Part shown: positions 9,596 to 17,651 of the stretch, piece after piece
Layout of the letters: each line of letters begins with the position of its first letter
Position numbering within the stretch: position 1 is the first letter of the stretch
Assembly (NCBI GenBank): GCA_037447435.1
Contig: JBBIGR010000064.1
Span: forward strand, 1-19,633
DNA from: Fibrobacteria bacterium
GTDB lineage: Bacteria > Fibrobacterota > Chitinivibrionia > Chitinivibrionales > FEN-1185
Direction of reading: 5' to 3'
DNA: 19,633 nt
Program-made: the position numbers and the translations under genes
The notes under the pieces: model-generated
What the model saw: only the letters and a program-made list of their open reading frames with translations
The model's database searches: none
Told to the model about the DNA's origin: nothing

Positions 9596-12400
9596 ATGAA
9601 ATCCTCGATTGCTTGGGTTTGCAGCGTCGGGGTCGTTATGATTTCGACTGGTCCGATATTGTATCAAACCGGCAGGTTGCAGGCCTCCGCACTTACTTCG
9701 TCATATGTCCGAATCAACAGCACGATGCACACGGGCACAATAGGAAAAATCGGTACCGACCGGGACGGACGATATATTCTCACCTGTTCGGTGGACAAAA
9801 CCGCAAAACTGTGGGATGCGCTTTCCGGCGCGCTTTGTAAAACCTTTTATGTGCCGTCCGGTACTAACCAGGAAGGCGATCTTTACGCGTGCGCTTTATC
9901 TCCGGATGCGGGGACCGTTGCCGTGGGAGGTTGGACCGGTTGGATGGAAAGCCAGGAGTGCTCGGTATATCTATTCAATGCGCGCAGCGGCGAACTTACG
10001 GGCCGGATTTCCGGGCTTCCTTTTCCAATCGCGGATCTGGCTTTTTCGCCCGATGGTGTGTTTTTGGCAGTTGCGTTTTTCAGGCAGTTCGGGGTGCGCA
10101 TTTATCGCATGCCGTCGCTGAGGCTCGAACGGACGCTCACGGGATTTGGCGCTACCTGTTCCCGTTGCGTATTTAATGGCAACGGACAACTTGCCGTGGC
10201 GAGTGCCGACGGCGCGGTCAGGGTATATGAAGAAACGTTCGATACGTTTCATGAAATCATATCCGCGCACGGTTTACTGCCATATAGTTTGGCTTTTTCG
10301 CCAAACGGACAGCGTTTGGCGGTCGGGTACGAAAATTCCGCCGCCGTAACAGTGTTTGCAAATAGCTCTTTGTCAAAGTCGGTATATATTCGCGATGAAG
10401 AGGATGCTGTTTCGTCGACGCGGAGAATGTCTTTGGTCGGCTGGTCCGCTTCCTCAAACGACCTGTATGTCGTTGTCACGGGTGAAAGCCAAAAGGGAAT
10501 TTTCCGGAAATACGCCGGCGCCGGTCTGGTTTTTGAGAACGAACGCGAGTTCGAAAGCGGGCTGGTACTGGATGTTAAGATCCTTCCCGACAATGCCGTC
10601 GCTTTTTGTACAGTCACCCCCCAATTGGGGGAAATCAGCATGACTCGGGGGATTGTTTTTTTTCATGAAAGCGATCTCGTTGATTTAAGCTGTATTCGGC
10701 AAGGCTTTCTTACGGTGAGTGCCGACGCGGGTGAAATCGGTTGTTATATTCCCAACGGAAGGTCCTTTGTTTTTTCAATGACCAATCGGAATGTCCGGCC
10801 AGGTGATTCGGCCCTTTCCCGCTGCGACAAGTCGTCCGGATTTCATTTCATTAGCCGGCGCAATGCGTCCAAAATTCAAAATGTGTTGCAACCATCGGAG
10901 TATGCTTCATGTGCCGCGGCCGATAGTCTCGATAATAATCTTCTCGTCGGAACAAATTGGAATGTGTACGATTTGGATTCCTCGGGAAATATTGTGTGGA
11001 AAAAATCGGTGCCAGGACCGGTGTACGCAATCGCAGTCGCGCAATCGGCCTCGATGTTAGTTGCCGCACTTGGCAACGGGACATTCCGATGGTACCGGTT
11101 GAATTCGGGTGAGGAGATTCTGTCCGTGGCAATTTCAAGGGATCAAAACAGATGGGCGGCCTGGACCCAAACGGGAAAATGGGATGCGTCGATACAGGGA
11201 AGCGGCTTATTGTGCAATTGCATTAACCGCGGAACGGTTCGTGCCGCGCAATGCAAAGCGCTGGTTCGCACGCAGCGCGACGGATACGATCCTCGGGCTA
11301 TCGCGGAACTATTCAATTCCGACGATTCCCTGACGCTTAATAAACCGTCAACGGTCATTCTACAACCTGTCAATGGATTTGTCACAAGCGACAGTATCAT
11401 TACGGTCACGGTGGAAACCACGACGCCGAAAAACGCAGCAATCAACCGTATCACTCTTACCGTCAACGGAATACAACAACAGGTAAACGTACGCGGTCTT
11501 TCCATTATTCAAAATGCCGACATAATCACCTCCAATGTCCCTATACGTCTGCAAAAAGGGGCGGACACCGTTTCAGTATCGGCCTGCAATAAATGGGGGT
11601 GCAGCGATCCGGCGACGGTGATAATTTGGCGCAGCCCGAAGTACGCCGCAAAGAAGCTTTGCCTGTCGTCAAAAAAGCTTTTTGTGCTTTCGGTGGGAAT
11701 TTCCCGGTATTCGGGCAGCACTCCTTCCTTGGAGTTTGCGGACAAAGACGCCCGCGACTTTGCATCCGTTTGGATGCGCCAGACGCCCTGTCCGTACAGT
11801 CAAGTAATACTGCGGGTGTTGACCAATGAGTCTGCATTTAAAAACGCGATTCTCGTCACACTGGATGCGTTGGTTTCACAAACGTCTAAAAACGACGTTC
11901 TGATGCTGTTTTGGGCCGGACATTCCTTTCAACCCTTCGCAGGTAAATTCTCCCTGCAAGCCTACGACGGTCCTCAAAAGGAGTCTGCGATGTCGGCCGA
12001 CTATGGGAATCTGATTTCCGAAAAAGAACTTTTCGGACCGCTTTTGTCCGCCCGGTCGCGGGTCGTTTGTTTTTTCGATGTCTGCAATAACGGGGCCGGC
12101 CCGGTTTTCGATCAAATCGTATCGAGGAAAAAGCAGGGGAATATTATTATATTGCAAGCATCCGCACCGTTTCAAAACGCCAGCGAAGGGCCCTTGTGGG
12201 GCAATGGCGTTTTTTCAAAAGCGCTGCTCGAAGGAATGCGTGGAAATGCCGATTATTCGCACAACGGCATAGTGACCGTTTCCATGATATCGTTGTATGT
12301 TTCCCAGCGTGTTTTGGAACTTACAAACGGATTGCAAAGGCCGGTTGTCACTATGCCCGCATCTTTTGCCGATTTTCCCATAGCGGCAATCGATCGTTGA
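9596..12400 (+). CDS. WD40-repeat beta-propeller + Ig-like linker + caspase-like (peptidase C14) protein
   Basis: WD40 repeats (TCSVDKTAKLWD, LAFSPDG, ASADGAVRVY, LAFSPNG). The C-terminal domain from about 11671 has LFVLSVGISRY..L.FADKDA, FWAGHS (His), FFDVC (Cys) and GVFSKALLEGM.G.AD. SD GGGAG precedes ATG 9596. Confidence 0.88.
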   Translation: MKSSIAWVCSVGVVMISTGPILYQTGRLQASALTSSYVRINSTMHTGTIGKIGTDRDGRYILTCSVDKTAKLWDALSGALCKTFYVPSGTNQEGDLYACALSPDAGTVAVGGWTGWMESQECSVYLFNARSGELTGRISGLPFPIADLAFSPDGVFLAVAFFRQFGVRIYRMPSLRLERTLTGFGATCSRCVFNGNGQLAVASADGAVRVYEETFDTFHEIISAHGLLPYSLAFSPNGQRLAVGYENSAAVTVFANSSLSKSVYIRDEEDAVSSTRRMSLVGWSASSNDLYVVVTGESQKGIFRKYAGAGLVFENEREFESGLVLDVKILPDNAVAFCTVTPQLGEISMTRGIVFFHESDLVDLSCIRQGFLTVSADAGEIGCYIPNGRSFVFSMTNRNVRPGDSALSRCDKSSGFHFISRRNASKIQNVLQPSEYASCAAADSLDNNLLVGTNWNVYDLDSSGNIVWKKSVPGPVYAIAVAQSASMLVAALGNGTFRWYRLNSGEEILSVAISRDQNRWAAWTQTGKWDASIQGSGLLCNCINRGTVRAAQCKALVRTQRDGYDPRAIAELFNSDDSLTLNKPSTVILQPVNGFVTSDSIITVTVETTTPKNAAINRITLTVNGIQQQVNVRGLSIIQNADIITSNVPIRLQKGADTVSVSACNKWGCSDPATVIIWRSPKYAAKKLCLSSKKLFVLSVGISRYSGSTPSLEFADKDARDFASVWMRQTPCPYSQVILRVLTNESAFKNAILVTLDALVSQTSKNDVLMLFWAGHSFQPFAGKFSLQAYDGPQKESAMSADYGNLISEKELFGPLLSARSRVVCFFDVCNNGAGPVFDQIVSRKKQGNIIILQASAPFQNASEGPLWGNGVFSKALLEGMRGNADYSHNGIVTVSMISLYVSQRVLELTNGLQRPVVTMPASFADFPIAAIDR

Positions 12401-12437
12401 TTTTCATGATCCGTAGCATGGATAAAATAGGAAAAAA

Positions 12438-13574
12438 ATGAATTGCATTGTTTTGATTTCACCGGTACTTCTCCTGGCGCTCGGGATGTTTTCAAGTGAT
12501 ATTTGCGCAAGCGCCTCCGATCCGCCCGATTGGGTGCGCGGTTTTGGCTCAAGCGAGGAGTTTCCGCAACAACATTATTTTACCGGGCTCGGAATTTCCC
12601 GGGCTTTTAACGAGGATTCTATCGGACAGGCGGTCGATCAGGCAAAAAATAATGCGAAAAGCGCCCTAGCCGAGGCCATGAAGGTACGGGTCCAGGTGAA
12701 AATGGCCAACCGGACCGAATCGAATTGGGGAAATCGTAATTCCGTAAAGTCAAAATATTCGCGCGATGATTATTGGGCAACGGTCATCAGCACCAGCGAT
12801 ATCGACATCGACGGCATCGGTTTTAAGATATATCAACAATCGCCACGGCGTCCCGTCTATGCATTGGCCTGGATAAACAAAGACCGTCTCAAGGAAAGTT
12901 ATCGGCAAAAACTTGCCTCGCGATTACGGTTTGCCGCCGAGCTTAACAAACGTATGGACACCGTTGGCGGGCAGGGCGATATTATCGGTGCCCGGGAACT
13001 TGCGCTGCAGGCCCAAACAGTGCTTGATGAAATAGACGCAATTGCGGCCGTGCTCGAAATGGTGGGCGACAGCCTCGATGTTGCCGCGCTTGCCACCCGG
13101 AAAGCGGAGGTCTTTGGACGGCTTATCGATGCCGACCGTCCAACCGGTTCGCTTTCATTTTCACTGCATACGAGCAAAGGCGATGGCAATGTTACCTTAT
13201 TGTTCGGGCAATCAATGGTACTATCGGCCCGCGTAAATAAACCATGTTTTCTTCACCTTCTGTGCCGTCTCAGTGTGGGCGTATGGATACTACCGGGACT
13301 TCGGTATTGGAACCTTAGGCTCGACGAATCGAAAATCGCGCGTGATTACGTATTACCCGATTCCTTTTACGCGAAAGGTCCGCAGGGTACCGATACGCTG
13401 GTAGCGATCGTGTCCGATGACCAATGGCCTTCCTGTGAGTTTCGCCGAAGCATTGTTGCCAAGGAAGAATACCTCGCCGTGTCGCAATCCTGCATCCCTC
13501 TGCGTGCTTTACAAATTAAATACGCCTCCGATTCCAATCTGGTCAAACGAATCCCAATAACCACGCAAAGGTAA
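12438..13574 (+). CDS. Exported protein with an N-terminal LPP20-like domain and a C-terminal DUF4384-like domain
   Basis: Signal peptide ending ASA, then PPDWV...YFTGLG.S.....A...A...A...LAE (LPP20-like). The C-terminal G.S..LS..VNKPCFL.L....Y.LP..F...GP.GTDTL.AI.S resembles DUF4384. Confidence 0.6.
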   Translation: MNCIVLISPVLLLALGMFSSDICASASDPPDWVRGFGSSEEFPQQHYFTGLGISRAFNEDSIGQAVDQAKNNAKSALAEAMKVRVQVKMANRTESNWGNRNSVKSKYSRDDYWATVISTSDIDIDGIGFKIYQQSPRRPVYALAWINKDRLKESYRQKLASRLRFAAELNKRMDTVGGQGDIIGARELALQAQTVLDEIDAIAAVLEMVGDSLDVAALATRKAEVFGRLIDADRPTGSLSFSLHTSKGDGNVTLLFGQSMVLSARVNKPCFLHLLCRLSVGVWILPGLRYWNLRLDESKIARDYVLPDSFYAKGPQGTDTLVAIVSDDQWPSCEFRRSIVAKEEYLAVSQSCIPLRALQIKYASDSNLVKRIPITTQR

Positions 13575-13751
13575 CAGTTGTTTTTTTGTCCAATCACGGT
13601 TTGTTTTCCGAAAAAAAAGTGTAGGGAGAGCCAACGGCCATGGATGGGTCGAAATATATTTCTATGCATGCCATACTAAAAAATTGTATACTTTTTATAA
13701 ATTCGAAAAAACAAAACAACCAAGGCGGCTCATACGATTACCGATACTGAA

Positions 13752-15599
13752 ATGTCCGAACGATACAAGGCTATGGTCGACGCCTTTGACGGGTACATTT
13801 ACATTTGCTCACAGGATTATAAAATAGAATACATGAACCAAAAGTTCGCCGATAGATGCGGTGGAGACAAAACAGGGCAATTATGTTATAAGGCGATTCA
13901 TAATCTCGAAACGGTCTGCCCGTGGTGCGTCAACGATCGCGTTTGGAAAAATGAAACCGTTCGCTGGGAATTGCAGAGCCCGCTCGATAAAAAGTGGTAT
14001 TTTGTCGTAAATGTGCCGATCCGGCATAGCGACGGCACTAAATCGAAATTCGCCATGATCATCGATATTACCGAACGGAAAACGCAGACCATTGCATTGC
14101 TCGAAGGAGAAAAACGGTTTCGGGAGCTGGCGGATAATTTGCCCCTTACCGTTTTCGAGGCCGACCTCAAGGGACAATTTACTTTTGTAAATAAAACCGG
14201 GCTGTCCTGGTTCGGCTATTCGGCGCAGGACGTCGCAGGCGGAGTGAATATCGTTCAAACGGTTATCGAAGAAGACCGGCCTAAGGCGTTGGATTCCGTG
14301 CGCCAGCTCCTTTCCGGATGCAAACCGGTCCCGAACGAATATACCGGAATCCGGAAAGACGGCACGACGCTGCCGGTTTTGATCGTGACGCGCCCGATCC
14401 TCGATGATACCAATGTTCCTGTGGGCATTCGAGGTATTGTTATGGATATAACCGAACGGATCCGTACCGAACAGGCGCTGCAGAACACCGAAAAACTCGA
14501 ATCGCTCGGCGTGTTGGCCGGCGGCATAGCGCATGATTTCAATAACTTGCTTTCCGGTATTTTCGGTTTCCTGTATCTTGCACGCCTTAAAGTCGGTGAA
14601 GGCGAAGCAAAGCAAAGTATCGATCAGGCGATTTCCGTTTTCAGCCGCGCCAAATCCCTTACTCAGCAGCTTCTCACTTTTGCAAAAGGCGGATATCCGG
14701 TCAAAAAAAGTGTCCCGTTGGCAGGGATACTTTTGGATACGGTCAAATTCGCACTCAGCGGATCAAAAATCAAAGCCGAATTCGACATCGAGGACGGATT
14801 GTGGCCCTGCGATATAGACGAATACCAAATCAGCCAGGTTATAGACAATATCGTCATCAATGCGCGCGATGCCATGCCGCTCGGCGGCACGATCGGGATT
14901 AGTGCCGGCAATGTATCGGACGCAACGTCGGTACCGGCGCCGCTTGTCAAAAGCAAATATGTCAAGATCGGCATTGTCGATTGCGGCATCGGTATTCCGC
15001 CCGAAATTCTCGGCCGGGTTTTCGATCCGTTTTTTACGACAAAGCAGCATGGCAGCGGCTTGGGACTTGCCGCTGCCTATTCTATTGTCAAAAGGCATAA
15101 CGGCCATATTTTTGCCGATTCGGTGCAAGCGAAAGGCAGCACCTTCACCATTTACCTTCCTGCAACGGAGTTCAAACCCGAGCCGATCGCTTTGGAACGC
15201 AAAGCGGGGATTATAAAAAAACATGGCACCGTTCTCTTCATGGACGATGAGGAATTCATCAGGAAATTATGCGAAGAGGCAATAACGGAATTCGGTTTTA
15301 AGGTCCTGCTTGCTTCCGACGGCAACACGGCAATCGATCTTTTTAATAAAGCGAATGAAAACAATGAACCTATCGATATTCTGATATTGGACTTGACCAT
15401 ACCCGGTGGAAAGGGCGGGGTGGAAACTATTGCGCAAATCAGAAAAATCGCCCCGAATATCCCCGCGGTGGCAACCAGCGGCTATTCCGACGATCCGGTA
15501 ATGGCCGAACCGCAAAAATACGGCTTTCAAGACAAACTTGTAAAGCCGTTTCTTGTCGATGAAATTTACAATATCCTCGCAAATTTGGTTTCGAAATAA
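13752..15599 (+). CDS. Cytoplasmic PAS-PAS hybrid histidine kinase with REC, paralog of 5581..7467
   Basis: LAGGIAHDFNNL, NIVINA, DCGIGI, FDPFFTTK..GSGLGL, and REC (FMDDE...LDLTIPGG...KPF). The first PAS is Cys-rich. Confidence 0.95.
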   Translation: MSERYKAMVDAFDGYIYICSQDYKIEYMNQKFADRCGGDKTGQLCYKAIHNLETVCPWCVNDRVWKNETVRWELQSPLDKKWYFVVNVPIRHSDGTKSKFAMIIDITERKTQTIALLEGEKRFRELADNLPLTVFEADLKGQFTFVNKTGLSWFGYSAQDVAGGVNIVQTVIEEDRPKALDSVRQLLSGCKPVPNEYTGIRKDGTTLPVLIVTRPILDDTNVPVGIRGIVMDITERIRTEQALQNTEKLESLGVLAGGIAHDFNNLLSGIFGFLYLARLKVGEGEAKQSIDQAISVFSRAKSLTQQLLTFAKGGYPVKKSVPLAGILLDTVKFALSGSKIKAEFDIEDGLWPCDIDEYQISQVIDNIVINARDAMPLGGTIGISAGNVSDATSVPAPLVKSKYVKIGIVDCGIGIPPEILGRVFDPFFTTKQHGSGLGLAAAYSIVKRHNGHIFADSVQAKGSTFTIYLPATEFKPEPIALERKAGIIKKHGTVLFMDDEEFIRKLCEEAITEFGFKVLLASDGNTAIDLFNKANENNEPIDILILDLTIPGGKGGVETIAQIRKIAPNIPAVATSGYSDDPVMAEPQKYGFQDKLVKPFLVDEIYNILANLVSK

Positions 15600-15814
15600 T
15601 TTAAGCGATTGCTTTAATCAAATCCCTTTTTATCGAATGCATTTTTCTGCGTACGATTTTGGCTTTTTTATGGTCTTTTGCCGAAATCGCTTCATCGCTG
15701 AGGTTTTTTAGTTGCGAGGAAAACAGGCAAGTCTCTGTAAATTAGTGCCAAATTGTTCATGTTTAACTTCAATATATTAATAACATATTCAAAAAAAACA
15801 TAGTAATTCATATT

Positions 15815-15852
15815 AAAATTAAAAATATTAATTGAAAATTAAAAAAATTAAT
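15815..15852 (+). repeat. Tandem 18-bp direct repeat (20-bp period) overlapping the promoter, possible operator
   Basis: AAAATTAAAAATATTAAT (15815-15832) and AAAATTAAAAAAATTAAT (15835-15852), 17/18 identical. The sequence is low complexity. Confidence 0.5.
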
Positions 15853-15860
15853 ATTATATT
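15832..15860 (+). promoter_or_regulatory. Putative sigma70 promoter giving a leaderless transcript
   Basis: TTGAAA (15832-15837), 17-nt spacer, TATATT (15855-15860). The ATG starts 7 nt after the -10 and there is no SD. Confidence 0.55.
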
Positions 15861-15866
15861 TAAAAT

Positions 15867-16289
15867 ATGAAAAACAAAATCAGCTTAAACATTAAATGTC
15901 CTTCATGCAATGGCGATTTACAACCCAGTGTGTTGCTTTGTCATGAATGCGGAATAAAAATCGAAGGCGATTTCATTAAAAACGAATTCAATTCCCTGTC
16001 TCCCGACGAGCTTCATTTTCTGCGGGTATTCATCCGTTGTGAAGGCCGCATCAGCGATATGGAATCGTCGCTCGGCGTCAGTTACCCGACGGTAAAAGGG
16101 TATTTGGCGAATTTAAAAAGGAAACTTGCCATAGTGGAATCGCCGCAGGATGGAGTCGATGCCGTTCATGAAAATGGGCCCGAAGCCGACAATGCCATTT
16201 CAATCCTGTCGAAACTCGAAAGCGGGGAAATAAGTTTTAAAAAAGCGGTTCAGGTTCTCCGGACCCAAAAGAAGGGAAATGAAAAATGA
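15867..16289 (+). CDS. DUF2089 family protein (Zn ribbon + HTH + C-terminal SHOCT-like hairpin), probable transcription regulator
   Basis: CPSC..L....L.C.EC...IEG.F....F..LS..EL.F...F....G....ME..LGVSYPTV matches the family pattern. The C-terminus reads ILSKLESGEISFKKAVQVLR. Confidence 0.88.
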   Translation: MKNKISLNIKCPSCNGDLQPSVLLCHECGIKIEGDFIKNEFNSLSPDELHFLRVFIRCEGRISDMESSLGVSYPTVKGYLANLKRKLAIVESPQDGVDAVHENGPEADNAISILSKLESGEISFKKAVQVLRTQKKGNEK

Positions 16290-17437
16290 TTACGGTGCGT
16301 GAACAAAAAAAAGTACGCGAACTCATTGACAAAGGAATTTTGACCGAAAGCCAGGCCGAAGAAATTACGGATGCGCTCATGGGAAACGAACCCCCAATGC
16401 CGCATTCCACGGAAAAGCCGTTTATCGAGACCGTGACAAAAAACGCCGTCGATTCGGTGTCGTCCGCGATGAATTTCGCTTTTGCCCCAATCAATTGCGC
16501 GCTGGGCGAAATCGACGGGCAGCAGCAACGGAACAATAAAATAATCATGTCGAAAGTCGATCAGCCCGAGGGCAGCGGATATTCGTTTTCGGGAAACGAA
16601 ATAAAAATGGGTAAGTTGACCGACGTGACTTTGAACGAGTCCACCATGAAAGGCAATTCGATATCCGGTTCATCGGTAAAGGATGTGAAAGTCGCCTTCG
16701 GCGCATTCGACGACAATTCGATCAATGCCGCCTCGGTTGTCGACGTGCTTGTCGAAAACGGCATGTTGTCAAAGTGCGCTTTTAACGGTTCGAAAGTGCG
16801 CGATATTCAGGTCAGGGAACACGGTTCTTTTACAAACGCGATAATCGATGCGTCTAAAGTATCCGATGTCCGGCTCCAAGGCGAATCAAAAATAAGCCGA
16901 TTCTCGGTCAAATGCTCGAATGCGAATACGTTTCGGCTCGGGGCAAAGAGCTCCATACAAGACCTTGAAATAGGCGGATCTAATGTCAAGGATCTCACCT
17001 GCAATTGCTCCGACGTGTCCACAATGTCGGTGCAGGCGTCCGGCGTTTCGGATATTGCACTGGAAAAATCGAAATTGTCCGAAATCGATATCGGGGCATC
17101 GAAAGTGGACTCGCTGCGCTGTGTCGGTTCCAGGGTGAACCGTTTCACTGTCAGCGGTATGGCGGTCAATGATCTGGAAATACGCGATGCCGATTTAAGC
17201 GGCGTTACCTTTAAGAAATCCCTGTCAAGCTTCAAATCCCGGCAGATCGTAAAACTCAAATTGATTAATACTAAAATGACGAACTGCGAATTTATAAATT
17301 GCATCATCCAAAATACGACGATTAAAGACGTCGACCTTGCCGATATCGGTTTAAACGATGTCGTGATCAGAAACGAAACAATTACCAGTAAAGAAGACCT
17401 GCTTAAATTTCGTACTGATCGGTTATTACACGTTTAA
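16286..17437 (+). CDS. N-terminal SHOCT-like hairpin + penta/decapeptide-repeat beta-solenoid protein
   Basis: ATGA overlap with the upstream gene. N-terminal VRELIDKGILTESQAEEITDAL, then many roughly 10-aa repeats (SKVRDIQVRE, SKVSDVRLQG, SNVKDLTCNC, SGVSDIALEK, SKLSEIDIGA, SKVDSLRCVG). Confidence 0.75.
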   Translation: MITVREQKKVRELIDKGILTESQAEEITDALMGNEPPMPHSTEKPFIETVTKNAVDSVSSAMNFAFAPINCALGEIDGQQQRNNKIIMSKVDQPEGSGYSFSGNEIKMGKLTDVTLNESTMKGNSISGSSVKDVKVAFGAFDDNSINAASVVDVLVENGMLSKCAFNGSKVRDIQVREHGSFTNAIIDASKVSDVRLQGESKISRFSVKCSNANTFRLGAKSSIQDLEIGGSNVKDLTCNCSDVSTMSVQASGVSDIALEKSKLSEIDIGASKVDSLRCVGSRVNRFTVSGMAVNDLEIRDADLSGVTFKKSLSSFKSRQIVKLKLINTKMTNCEFINCIIQNTTIKDVDLADIGLNDVVIRNETITSKEDLLKFRTDRLLHV

Positions 17438-17444
17438 AAAAAAT

Positions 17445-17473
17445 GCGCCAGCGGGATTTCCGAAGGCGCTTTT
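17445..17473 (+). terminator. Putative intrinsic terminator
   Basis: GCGCC-AG-CGG-GATTT-CCG-AA-GGCGC followed by TTTT and preceded by an A-run, 8 nt after the stop. Confidence 0.5.
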
Positions 17474-17577
17474 GCCTCTTCCTGCCCGCGGAAAACGAAA
17501 TTTCTCATCCCCGGTAATTTTTAATTCCTAAAATGAAAAAGATCGTCTGAAAAATTATCAAAAACAGGTTTGCCATT

Positions 17578-17592
17578 TGGCGCAAATTTTGC
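17578..17592 (+). promoter_or_regulatory. Putative sigma54 (-24/-12) promoter
   Basis: TGGCGC-AAATT-TTGC has the exact GG-N10-GC spacing. It lies about 60 nt upstream of ATG 17652, which has SD AAAGGAG. Confidence 0.65.
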
Positions 17593-17651
17593 GACTGCAT
17601 ATGCGTGGTAATCCATTATGCACTTAAAAAATTATTTCAAAGGAGCATAGT

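Noticed and set aside
15654..15689. Inverted repeat CGATTTTGGC...GCCGAAATCG after the kinase
   Set aside because: It has a 16-nt loop and no adjacent U-tract, which is too weak to call a terminator.
15736..15752. Minus-strand TTGGCAC sigma54-like -24 element
   Set aside because: There is no GC at the -12 position and no gene in that direction.
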